Source: Adineta vaga
Lineage: Eukaryota; Animalia; Rotifera
Assembly (NCBI GenBank): GCA_021613535.1
Contig: CP075494.1
Coordinates: 10,416,001 to 10,480,000 of the forward strand
Length of the DNA: 64,000 bases
Direction of reading: 5' to 3'
Made by a program: the position numbers and the translations under genes. The notes under the pieces are model-generated. The model ran no database searches. It was not told where the DNA came from and saw only the letters and a list, made by a program, of their open reading frames with translations. This document shows positions 12,268-24,410 of this stretch, piece after piece; positions within the stretch are counted from its first letter, which is position 1; every line of letters starts with the position of its first letter.

Positions 12268-13772
12268 CTAAATAAAAACACGTCGTTCTTCACTTGATGA
12301 TGATGATGATGAAGTAGCTGGTGAATGTGCTGATAATAACATGATTTTCTCTGGTTTAGTTGATGGATGATTAGCATCTAGTTTTGATTGAGATTTTTCC
12401 AAAAGTATTGGTTTTAAATTTAAACGACGATGAGTCTGATAAGCAATGTCAAATGCTTGACCAAAAGTTAATAAAATCTATAAAAAATAAACGGCAACAC
12501 TTTCTCTTACAAAAGTTTTATCATACGAAACATACTTCAGTAGACATGGATTCATTTTTAACTACAAATACATGACAATAATTATGATAATCAGAAGATG
12601 GTGATTGATGTTGTTTATGATTGAATGTATCAGTTGGATTTGGTGTTCCATTAATTAAACGTTGTTCACGTGTTACATAAGCAAAGTAACGTAAATCTTG
12701 ATCTTGACAAGCACAATGAATCGATTTAATATCATGAAAACAGATAACAACACGATCTTTCGTATGTTTTAAAAACTCAACACCACGTGACGAAATACTT
12801 AGGCCAATAATTGGTAATACACTTGCATATTGTGTTGATTGTTTCAAACGATTAATCGCATATGTTGGCATAGCAGGAGTATTATCATTTGAAATCTTAA
12901 TTGCCGTAGATCCTATAAGAAATACTAAGATTTTTTTTCTCAATTGTTCTAGATCAATATTTACCTAAATAATTCACCCAATAAATACATGTTTCTTCAT
13001 TTAATAATCTTTCATGAATATTAGTTCGTTTATGATATATCATAGATTGAGATGGATTAATCGAAAGATTTGACATTGTCGATTTATTATCCAGAGAATC
13101 TGTTTGAATAGATGTTGATGATGATGATAAACTTGTTGAAGAATCATTTCGTTTCGTATTCATAATAGATTCATTGAATGTTGTTTGTACACCTTTATCT
13201 TCGGATGAGGTGATTGAAAAACTTTCATCAAGATTATTCAACGATTTTCCAGTCATTGTACAAGCGGAGAGTTTTAGTAATGACATATCAGGTAAAATTG
13301 GTTGTTTACAGTCATAGAATGGTTCTTCGATATTCTCACGAGAGAGAAATGTTGGAATAGAAGGAACTAATTGTTGTTTTTGTTCATCTCCAGTAACAGT
13401 ATTTAATAGTTGAGATGAAGCAAGAATGGCAGACGTCTGATCATTGTTATTATTTGGTAATGAAGATACTACTAAACAAAAAGACAAATTATATATTAGT
13501 CGTGATTGATGATATGTTTTCTTGCCTTCATTTCTCGTTTTCTCGTTAAGTGATTCTTCGGAAGAGGAAACATCATGCTCATTGATATGGCTCATTTTTG
13601 GATACGTTTGTTTACGAAAATAACGATTTGATGATGATTTTATAAAACTATATTCATCTGTTGAACTTTCATCAGTTGGACAATCAGGCAATTCGACACA
13701 AATTGAATTACGATTCTTGTTATGAATATTATTCTTCAATAATGATTGTAAACGTTGTTGAGGACATATCAT
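12268..13772 (-). CDS. PTB/PID-domain adaptor, ANKS1 (Odin/AIDA-1)-type PTB
   Basis: Spliced product contains YWVNYLGST...LSISSRGVEF...IHCACQDQDLRYFAYVTRE...YCHVF...EILLTFGQAFDIAYQ, with the stop at 12268. The frame is open back to an acceptor at ~13986, so the start may lie further upstream. Confidence 0.82.
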
Positions 13773-15477
13773 CGAATTGGATCGTTTTAATACTAAATGA
13801 TGATTATTTCCCGATGTTGTTATTGAATGAGGAAGAATAAAATGATCCGCTGGAAGTGATGAACGAGAATCACTAATATCTAATTGTGATGAACAATTTC
13901 GTCGTCGAAATAGATTTGCTCGATTTTTTAGACGATTAAACGGTTCAACTAATTTCTTACTGGATAAGATCGGAACTGGCGTCGCCTAGAAATGAGAAGG
14001 AAAAACTCTATAGAATATTATGCTAATATAGAGTCGAAGGCTTATACGCGTGGCACATACTCAAGTAAAGGTTATCTATTATGACACATGCATCTATTTC
14101 TCTATCGTTCTCATCAGGAGTTAGCTTCTAAGTAACATCTTCGTCTCTTCGCCTAATTACATGAACATTCGTCCTTGACAATACACATACAGTATCGATA
14201 AAGATAAATGATATGACATCGAATACACCAATTAATTTCTTGATTGATATAAGTCAAGTCGTGAAAAATATTATCTGGAAACTCGAGTTACATACTTTTA
14301 TTAGAGGTCGATAATTATTGAATGATGAAAGTTTTGTTAGATCAGAACAAGAAGCCATCATAATCTAGAACAATCATGAAAATCGAAATGTCTATGTCAT
14401 CAAGTGAAATTTGATACATTCATTCAATGTTCATCTTAATCTATAATTGTGAATAAAATAACGAAAGATCACATACAGGTGGTGGATGTTAACACCTAAG
14501 TATGAAATCAAACGAAAAAGATAGATTTTTAAAGTTTCTTCTTCTTCTTCTTCTTCTTCTTTTTCTGCAATACTCACTGTCTAGACACACAAGTGCAGTT
14601 TCGATCCATTTCTTTCTATTCAATAAAAGAACAATTCTATGTGTCTTAATGGGCAATGTACAATAGATTTCTTTTGCCTTCTTCTTCTTCTTCTTATTCT
14701 TTTATATATGCTTCATTTGTTGAGGATTAACAAAAGAAGAATGGAGGACAGTGTAGTAAATCGGAACAAGCAAAATTATAAACACTGGATAATATCGCCA
14801 TACACGCATTCGACTAAATGATCAGATTAACTTTTTTTTTCTTCGAAGAATGAACAACGCCCTACATAACAAGATGCAATTAAAACAACTTTCAATATGA
14901 AATCAAACCTACGCGCACAATATATATATATATACATATATATATACATATATGAAATTTCTGATTATATCATCAAATTTATATATGTATGTTAATGTGT
15001 TTGTCACAATGATGGCATCCCATTCTCTCTTGAATATATTTAAATTATGATAAGTCTTATGACTGCAAGTGTTATTTAAATGAATCGATATTTAGTATGA
15101 AAAACTGTACGTTTTACATAAATTATGCATGTTGAAAAAGAAAACGACGAAAATAAATATTTCATAATTTACGCATGAACAAACTTCATATTCTCCTTGT
15201 ATGTTTTTATGTCTAAGATCTAATTGAAATTGAAATACTCTGATGAGATATAAAGCACTTGATTAATCCGATGCATCATCTCTCACTTATTTCATAAGGT
15301 TTCAAGAAAACATACAAATGCTTGCATCTACTTACTTTTCATGGCTTTCTAAATATTCTGTGTCTTCATTTCTATATATCGATCCAATCTGTAATAACAT
15401 AGTTTTTTTTTCTTTTTACCTATATATATATATATTCTCTTTTAGTTAAATTCAAAAGTACACATATACAAATAAAT

Positions 15478-17670
15478 TTAACATAGAGTTGGAGTTTGTT
15501 CATCATCCATATAAGTTTCAGGTTGAGTTTTATCCATGGGCTCGCCAATGTTAGAAATTGTCGATGAGGGTGATTCAATGAATGCTTCGAATTGCTTCCG
15601 ATTACTATTGAGTAAATGTACACTGTCTGTATTACCTAAAATATCGACTGAAGCATAACGTGGAAGTGATGAAAGAGGACTAGGAGTAACAGGTGTATTG
15701 AAATGTCGTTGATGTTGAAGAAATTTTCGTTTTTTTCTTCGTCGTTTTAACATCGCTTTGAAACGATACCAGAAAAAGACGAGTATAATCGCACCTATAG
15801 TAATGGCAGCTAATATAGCAAGAACAGTAAATAGTTTTTTTGTATTATTCAAAGATTTTATTGTCGTGTGATCGATTGGAGTTGTTCTAAATGGTAGAGA
15901 AGAAAATCAATTGATATTTTCTTTTTGAAAAATTTGAAAATAAACCTTGAAGTTGAAATAAATATTTCTGTAGTTATTGGTATAATCGTCGTATTCTCTA
16001 ATTCTATTACTGTCATTGCATCACAATCCAAATGAAGTAATTTATAATGACAATGTTCTTGTAAATTTCGAAGTATGAATTCATTTTCACTAGTATTTTG
16101 TTTTTGTTTTACATTCGATTCACTACATATCGGAGTTAAACGTAAATAATTTGTCTTATAGTTAAATATTGACAACGATGTATTCTCATCGAAATCATAA
16201 TTTCGATTGAAATAATGTATTGGACATGAACAAGCATCTTGTCTTGATAAATAAGATATCGATTGATTGTATCGAGATAGAATACAAAATGCCACATCAC
16301 TCAAATCAAAACTAAAAAGAAAAACTTATGCGTCATTGAATCTAATCTTGTTCTTTCCCTTTCTTTTAATTAGCTTTGTTATTCTAATTCATCTGTAAAA
16401 AACGAACTCAGTGTCATTTCTTTCATATTGTAATCCTATTCTTATGTATATAATTTCTTTAAAAGAATAATTCTAATGCTAATTATAGGAAAGGAAAAGA
16501 AGATGAAGAAAAAAAAAGAACTTCTTACTCAGTTTCAATGGAATGAATAACATGTAAACTAGCTAAATTCCAAATCCATTGAATTGATTCATGATCAAGT
16601 AAATGTACTCCATGAAAAGAAATTTCTTGAAGATTTGTTAAGTTTGCAAATGCATCTGATTCAATCAATTCAATTGGATTAAAATTTAAATGAAGAATTT
16701 GTAAATTTTCTAAATATTTAAATGTATCATTGTTTAGTTTGGTGATTAAATTCGAACTTAAATCTAATGTATTCAATTGTTTTAAATCTTGAAAATGTTT
16801 TGAAGATAAATTTTCCAGCAAATTATATGCTAATGATAAATTTTTCAAGGAAACTAAATTGGCTAATGCATAGGAATGAAGATATTGTATTTGATTATTT
16901 GATAATAATAATTGACCTTGAAAGTCGTTAAAATCATGGAAAACATGTGCATCAAGTGAATGAATTTCATTAAAAGTTAACTGGATCTTTTCTAATTGTT
17001 GATAAACTAGATTTCTTGGGAAAAAAATTCCGGTTAGATTTGTTGTATTTATACTCGAGATTATCGTGAATGTATTGACGTAGAAAGATGTTCGATTCGT
17101 TGAACCTGTAAAACCGTAGAATTTTGAGGAGAGAATTGTGAAAAATTTAATTTTTGTATTAAAAAAGATTTCTTCGGAGATTTTTCTTTGAAAATCAATG
17201 GATTTGAAGTTTAGATTTGTAATCATTGAACCATAAAAGATTTGACTATTCGATTGAAAATTGATTCGACCAGGTAGATTGTGATGTGACAGAATTAATT
17301 GATCAATACGTGCATTTTCAAATGAACGATTATTTAGGAAAAGATTATATGTATTAAAACGTATTGTACCAACGATAATATCAGCAAAAACAAGACGATC
17401 TAATGTTAAATTATCATTTAATGTTTCGAATACTAATCGATCATAAGTTACATTTGACCACGAATATTTTCGAGTGATTTTTGTTAATTGACGACATCGT
17501 AAATATGTTTCATTTGAAGAAAATATCGGCGTATAACGCGTTCGTTGACAGTAGCATTCACGTGGAAAAATCAATGAAGTACATGTTGTTGGAAGGCTCA
17601 TTGAAAACAAATTTAATGGAAAAATAATAAGGAGAATAAAAGAAGAGGAAGTATGGAATTCAATAAACAT
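15478..17670 (-). CDS. Leucine-rich-repeat single-pass membrane protein (exons ~17670-16529, 16311-15946, 15886-15478; 3' end uncertain, possibly to ~15280)
   Basis: Signal peptide, LRRNT (CTSLIFPRECYC), LxxLxLxxN repeats, LRRCT-like CSCPIHYF, TM (LFTVLAILAAITIGAIILVFFWY), basic stop-transfer and a short Tyr-containing tail. Splice phases are compatible. Confidence 0.88.
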
Positions 17671-19165
17671 TTCTAGAGATTTGATAGGAAATTCTTCAAT
17701 AATCTAGAAAGGAAGAAGAAAAAATCCTATCAGATCTAATCCTGAATACCTTCAGGCTTGTTTAATATTGAATAGACGTCTTATAATTCATCTAATACAT
17801 CTCGTATGTCGGATTAGTTCGACTGACTGAACAAATGAAGAATATTATCTTAATGAACTAGAGATCAGCACTATAAATTTTCTCTCTAAAACAGAATATA
17901 TCGTCCTATAAGTCTCTAACTTACTTTCCAGATGTATTTATCTCAATTATGATTGTCTATAAAAGTTTTCAAGAGAAAAAAGATCAATAAACTTCTTCTC
18001 ATCCATACCGACGTCATTCAAATAATCTCATACTAAATTTCACATATGTTTGTCAATATTATACATACTCAATGAACATGTTGAAGAGTATTCCATGTAT
18101 GTATATTTATCTCTTTTGTCAGAAGGAAGATAATCGTTTGTTTGAATAGAATTTAATGAATACAAATCAATGTGTTGAACAGACAGTCGAATATATACAT
18201 GCGGAAAAAGAATCTGTTTTTTTTGTCGAATGTCTATCTCATCAGTTGATACTGTTTAGATTATCAACATCGATCATATCAGTCGATACATCGATCATTT
18301 TTTATAGCTATATTATGAACATGGAATAGTGACGAATGACATAGAAAGTAAAAGTTTGTTTATCAAAGAAAATATCCTTAGGAAATTAGAAGTATGTCGT
18401 CTTCGATGGTCCTTGACAACTTACTTGTTTTATACTTTAGTGATTAAACAGACTTGACTTGTCGTTTTGATGTTAGTCTGTTCTATTGTGTGAATTATCA
18501 TCAGAGAACTGCTTAACGATGCGAATGACGAGAACATTGCTTTCTCGTCATCGCATTTTTTTTTCTGAGAAATCTACGTTGAAAAAAGAATGACATTATC
18601 AAGCTTTTTTTCATTCTTTTTCCTGTCAAGACACCAACAAGTTCCTTCTCATAAGAAATAATTAGATATACCCTGTGGTAATTATGTTTTCGGTCGACAA
18701 ATTTTCGTCAACAAAACACTAAGATGAATACCTAGAGGATGAAGGTAGATGTAGACATGACTGAAGGTGGACACATGTGAGATTGTTGTTGATATCAGAA
18801 TACTCTCATCCACACCCATCTTTTCTTTTTTTTCTTGTTCATCTTCACTTGATCGCTCGTCATCATTCTATTGAGCATTAAATACATCAATAAAGAAAAA
18901 TCCTTTTAAAAATATGTCAAATCAACGATTCAATGAATAGGATATCAATACGTGTTGAGAAAAATAATATTTTTGTTGAATTCATAGCATGTTGTCAAAT
19001 CCCATGATAATCAAATCACAAAAGAGAATAGACACGGAAACAATTCCACTTTGTTTTCTTGCTAAAACTGATCTTTAATGTGTTCATTTAGAATTGTATC
19101 GTCCTAGGAAAACATTTCCATACAAAAAAAAAGCAAGAGAAAAAGATCCACTTAGTTTTTTCGTA

Positions 19166-19363
19166 TTATCCTGATGTTGTATTCGTTGTATTTTCGGCGT
19201 AATAAGTCAAATTTCCACTATCATTATGAAGACCAATACCCAGTCCTAACCCCAATGATAAGCCTATAACAGTTAGAATAATACCAATCGCTACACCGAT
19301 CAATAAAGGCAAGGGCTTCCATGGAGTCCATGCATTTCGTGTAATTCCCGTTTTATTATTCAT
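19166..19363 (-). CDS. Putative single-pass membrane microprotein (~65 aa)
   Basis: MNNKTG...PWKPLPLLIGVAIGIILTVIGLSLGLGLGIGL followed by three N-x-S/T sequons after NDS. The Gly-rich TM is unlike the spurious AT-rich ORFs nearby. Confidence 0.5.
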   Translation of the reverse strand: MNNKTGITRNAWTPWKPLPLLIGVAIGIILTVIGLSLGLGLGIGLHNDSGNLTYYAENTTNTTSG

Positions 19364-19759
19364 AATAATAACGATCAATCAGGAGAAAAAAAGCAATAGA
19401 AATAAGATGATTTGCACCACTTGTGTTGTTTTGGTTAATTTAGAAAAATGATATCGCTATAAAACATGGTAAATGTTGTTTTGATAGAAAGAAAAAGGAA
19501 ACAAAATTTCTATGTACTGTCCAAAGGAAGAAAATAGTGTATGAGACATATGTGTATACAGGTGTAAGCATAAACACTTGTCATAGTGAAGGTTTTTCAA
19601 TTGTACAATTACATACGTTATTGATGTGTGTAGCAAAGAAACTTGTCTATTCAAAGTATGCAAAAACGAGAAAAGAGGATGATTTCGATTGTTTTTTTTT
19701 CTCGAAAACAAGAGAAATAGAAATTTATTATTAACAAAAATGCGAAGACTTTCATTATT

Positions 19760-21724
19760 TCAATCAAAATCTTCTCGTATACTGTTACGTTGTATATTCG
19801 ACGCTATTTGATATTGTTGTGAAGCAAGTTTCGAATTTTCAAGTTTCGTATTGATACGAGCCATATTAATAAGACATTTAGCATGATCTGTATGATCAGG
19901 TGCTAAAGTTTTCTTGAAGATTGTAAATGCTCGATTGAAATAATCCATTGCTCGAGAATTATTATCCATTCTTTCATAAACAATACCTAAATCCATTAAA
20001 GTTGTCGCAATTGATGGATGATCTTCAGGTAATTCCTCTTCTTTGTCCTTCAAAACTCGATTAAAAGTTTGCAAAGCATTTTGATGATTTCCATATTCTC
20101 GTTGAACCCTGCCTTTGAGTGTATACGTTCTTATCATTAGCTTTCGATCAGGTTTATTGAATGAACTATGCAATTTATCTTCCGCTAGTTTTCGTTGTTC
20201 ATCAGCTTTTTGATAATCACCTTTAGCAATAAGAGCTAAACCAAGATTTGTATGTGCATTTATTAACAGCGCACTTGATTGAACATTAAAGCTTTTATAT
20301 ACACTAAGTGCTTTATTATAATTTTCAATTGATAATAATAGATTTCGACTAGCTTCATGAATAAGACCAAGTAAAGTATAAATATCACCAACAATTCTAT
20401 TATTGGTTGAAAATTGTTGTAGAAGATATTGAACATGACGTTTCGCTCCATTAAAATCATTCATACGATAAAGAAACCAACCGAAAGATAATGGACTTGG
20501 ATTTGTTCCTATTTGTCTGATCATATAAGAACTAAGTTCTTGACAAATAATATTTTGTTGTTTACTAAGCTGTAAATTCACATGCCAAATTTTTTCATGT
20601 TGTTCAACTGATATCACTTCAAAAATTGCACCGATCGAAAATAAAATTTCTTCTTCACTTGGACAACATGAATAGTTTTGAATAAATGCAAATGGAATTG
20701 TATCTTTCGTCATATCAGATATTTTTATAATAAAAAGAACAGATTGTATCGATGAAATATCAATCATTTCATCACTCACACCGGCAAATACTTTTGCAAG
20801 TTCTTTATCAGTTGTTGCACTTAGAAAACTATTCATTGATATCATTTGATTGACATTTTGTTCAAGCATAGTTACTTCTTTCAGATTCATATGTTGACCA
20901 CGATAAACAATTAATTCTTGATTTTGATTTGGCAAAAGATTTGTCAAATATTGATGATAGAGATTCACAAGTTGATCGTGTAAATCATTAATAAAAAAGC
21001 GAAATTTAAATATAATCTCACTTTTTTGTGTACGAAGTGCACGATTTAATAATCGATAAACAAAACTATCTCGTGTATACCATTTTAATGCACCACTCGA
21101 TAGATAATCTTGTTCAAATTCTTTAATTCGTTTCTTTTCCGTTTCATCATCATGATAACTTGCTAAACATTCATCAATCATATCTCTTTTCGAATCCGAA
21201 TATTTCGCCATCGATCGAAGAACTAAAATCATCGTTTGATACCACATAAAAGTAGCACTATTTGATGTTAGATTTTGTAAAGAATTTTGACGATCTTCAA
21301 GATGAAAAATACTGATTGGTAACTGACGATCTATATCCCATGTACAAACATGTTCACAGATTTTTGTTAATAATGCATTTCTATCTGTAAATATATTCGT
21401 TACTTTCATAAATGTTTTCGACCATTCTTGAGCAAGTGATCGGTTGGTGCAATATACATAAATAGATTGAATATGAGGACAATCATGAATTACAGGCAGA
21501 ACAACTGGACCAAATTCATTTGAAATAATTAAGATAATTCGTTTGTTTAAGAATTGATTTCCAGTTAAGTTTTCTATACATATATCAGGTTCAATATAGA
21601 TTCGTAGTCGACTTCGAGTGTTTAATTGAATTAATGCTTTAACATCTTGATTATCTTTACTTATTTCAATTGTTTTATCTAACCAAACGAAAATATAATC
21701 GTTAGTAATGTCTTGCTCCGTCAT
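19760..21724 (-). CDS. Intronless receiver-like domain / arginine-type ADP-ribosyltransferase / TPR protein (654 aa)
   Basis: N-terminal FVWLD...IILIIS...IYVYC alpha/beta domain. Helical linker with WYTRDSFVYRLLNRALR. ART R-S-E triad VYRGQ / FLSAT / SEEEILF. C-terminal 42-aa TPRs (DHPSIATTLMDLGIVY). Confidence 0.9.
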   Translation of the reverse strand: MTEQDITNDYIFVWLDKTIEISKDNQDVKALIQLNTRSRLRIYIEPDICIENLTGNQFLNKRIILIISNEFGPVVLPVIHDCPHIQSIYVYCTNRSLAQEWSKTFMKVTNIFTDRNALLTKICEHVCTWDIDRQLPISIFHLEDRQNSLQNLTSNSATFMWYQTMILVLRSMAKYSDSKRDMIDECLASYHDDETEKKRIKEFEQDYLSSGALKWYTRDSFVYRLLNRALRTQKSEIIFKFRFFINDLHDQLVNLYHQYLTNLLPNQNQELIVYRGQHMNLKEVTMLEQNVNQMISMNSFLSATTDKELAKVFAGVSDEMIDISSIQSVLFIIKISDMTKDTIPFAFIQNYSCCPSEEEILFSIGAIFEVISVEQHEKIWHVNLQLSKQQNIICQELSSYMIRQIGTNPSPLSFGWFLYRMNDFNGAKRHVQYLLQQFSTNNRIVGDIYTLLGLIHEASRNLLLSIENYNKALSVYKSFNVQSSALLINAHTNLGLALIAKGDYQKADEQRKLAEDKLHSSFNKPDRKLMIRTYTLKGRVQREYGNHQNALQTFNRVLKDKEEELPEDHPSIATTLMDLGIVYERMDNNSRAMDYFNRAFTIFKKTLAPDHTDHAKCLINMARINTKLENSKLASQQYQIASNIQRNSIREDFD

Positions 21725-21819
21725 TCGAGTGTAAAAATAGTTATAATAATATTAAAGTAATGTATGTGTCTGTCCATTTATTTATTATTTTTCCTTTTAC
21801 CTGGCGAAAGAGAGGGCTG

Positions 21820-21833
21820 GTTACCATCGAAAC
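21820..21833. promoter_or_regulatory. Candidate RFX X-box (GTTACCATCGAAAC)
   Basis: One mismatch from the GTHNYY-AT-RRNAAC consensus, 96 bp upstream of the ART-TPR ATG. Confidence 0.4.
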
Positions 21834-22574
21834 GTAAAATACAATGTTATTTACATGATTTTAAACCAAAGAAAAACAAAAGGATGATACCGTACTTGTG
21901 CATGAATAGAATCATTTGAAACTTTCAATTTTCACGATCATTAATCTAAAGATGAAAATCTAACCATCATAAGACGTTACATCATAGCAGGAAATTCCCA
22001 ATGAGACTTGTTGTCATCGTATAATTTTCAATTGCTTTGAAAAATGACTGATGATCAGAAGATGATTATGTTATAACGACTTCTTTCGATAGATGCCGAC
22101 AAATTCATTATCGTCTTTTTTTTTCAGAACAAAACAAATCATTCCTAATGTTTAATCTTGTCCTATTCTATAAACATCAGTATAAAAAAAAACTTTGAGA
22201 CAATAATGACAGTGTCAATTAAGATTTTCCTTTTTTTTCCTTCTCTTCTCCTATAGATCTATCAGCAGCAATAGTCATGAAGAGCTAGACCATGTTATCA
22301 TGGCACATAGCATTTCAATAGTACAAAAAAAAAGAATGAAGAACACAGGAGAAAAGAAGAAAAGGCAAGAAAAAAAAATTCTCATACACATAGAAAGAAA
22401 AAACGCGCGCGCATACATATACACATACACATATGAACTTGATTTGTGTACGATCAATTGTTCTATTCTCTTTCCATAAAAAAAAACTTTTTTTTTTCTT
22501 GGATCGAGAACCAGCTCGATTATGATTGACAGATAATATATGTATTGCCTAGCTTTCTCGTCTAATCATGTTGA

Positions 22575-24410
22575 TTATTCTTGTAAGATTTTTGATAGAA
22601 GAACGAAGATAAAAGTCAAAATATTGACAAGAATGGACGAATAAGCTGACGATATGATCGATAGAGCTGAAGCAGACAAAGATGCATTTCGCGTATAATT
22701 AGATATGGAATCGTCGAGAGATAATGATGATGAATCTTGTTCAATTGAAGAAGGCAACAAGGGATCAATTTCAAAACATAATGATGCAGTTACACTGGTT
22801 TCGGGAACTTTTATTATTGATGGTTTCTCTGATGATGATGATGGCGAGACGGAATGACGTTGAAAGGAACCATCAGCTAAATGACATGTGTCAAAACAAT
22901 GTGGTCGATGACCATAATTACTGTTTGTCACAATACCACCTAGATAGATAAAATAGAAGATTTACTATTTATAACTTGTTTTTGTTAATTAAAAGAATAA
23001 AAAATCTTCTTATTAAAACGTCGCACTCTTTTTTCTTCACGTTTTATGATTGTGTTATCTACTGTAAATATTCTCATTAAAAACTAAGCTAATCAATAAA
23101 AATATATTACTGATCTATCTAATAAATGAATTTTCGAAAGTATTTTTTGTTCTTTCGATGTCAAATGTCCTTAAAAAAAAAGAAGCTGTGTTAAGCAGAA
23201 TGCTTTCCATCTATTCACCAGAATTCGGCACGGCATGATAAATCAATTATAAAAGATACAATAAACCAAAACAAACTCAATAATATGTAGTTGCAATAAA
23301 ACGTCAAGATTTTCCTAATTGCTTTTGTTATAATATCTATGTCAGCAAAATGTCATACATTTGCTAAAACTCTTTTCATCTTGATTCAATATGAAAAGCA
23401 TGGATATGAAATTGTCTTCGAACGGAAATACTAGTTGATAAAATCAAAGCGCAAAGGGACAAAAAAAACGATTTTATTACCATTGCAAAAGAACAATGGT
23501 TGTCCAGCAAATAATGGTTCACGATCACTGGGTCTAAATGTGGGACACACACGCTCGACTTCATCACAGATCGTATGGCAAGGCGGTATAAGATGATTTT
23601 GATGGAAATATGGAATATTGACTGAGCAAGTCCATGTTCGATAAGCTTGCTAGAAAAAAAAGTTCATTAGTTGTTTTATTGAACAGAAATAAAAACAAAG
23701 AATGTATGTGTTGATCTTACTTGACAATCGGCTTTGATAATTGAATAACGATTTTCCTCTGATGCGGAATCGATAGCTTTCAAATAAGAAACAAAGAAAT
23801 CGTAAGCTTTTCGTGCTTCGTTGTCGAAACGAATGATTTGTTCGAACATTTCTCGACATTTGTTTTCGTCGGAATTCTTGTTGAAATCGGTTTGGTTTAT
23901 CAAATGATTTAATGTATGATTGGAACAAAATGGTAAATAACTCGAATTCAATAAGGCTTGATTCATATTGTCGATTGATTCGAATGGATTTAGTCGTGCT
24001 CGACATGTTTTTGAACATATTTGATTGATAGATGGAGTATTGACTGGTAAACATTGTTGTTCGTCTTCTTTGATTGTGGATGATGATGGTGGTAGAGAAG
24101 ATTTGGTTGTTGTTGATGCATAGGTTGACATGAATTTTATTGAAGAAAAGGAAAAAAATATAAGTGACCAATGAAGATGATTGGTTAGGACAAGCAATGC
24201 TAACATGTAGGTGAATAACGTTTTCACCAAACATTGCTGCGGCCGAAAACGCCGCTGACGATATGAAGATTTTGTATGATGAACAATCGAATGAGATAAT
24301 TCGAAAGATGAAGAATTATATTCAAGTTCTTTTATTTGTTGATAGAGATGATCATGATTAGGAATTTGAATATCACCATCACTATCATCAGTGACAAAGA
24401 GAACAGACAT
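22575..24410 (-). CDS. NALF: NALCN auxiliary factor (NALF/FAM155/NLF-1, Mid1-like Cys-rich domain); exons ~24410-23721, 23649-23481, 22939-22575
   Basis: Spliced: LPFCS...CRE...DNEARKAYDFF...DCQQAYRTWTCSVNIP...PPCHTICDEVERVCP...FAGQPLFFC...HCFDTC, plus a C-terminal hydrophobic segment. Matches the FAM155/Mid1 cysteine pattern. Confidence 0.8.

Noticed and set aside
23650-24234. 194-aa alternative-frame ORF over NALF
   Set aside because: Shadow frame with no motifs. The Cys pattern and splice phases support the other frame.
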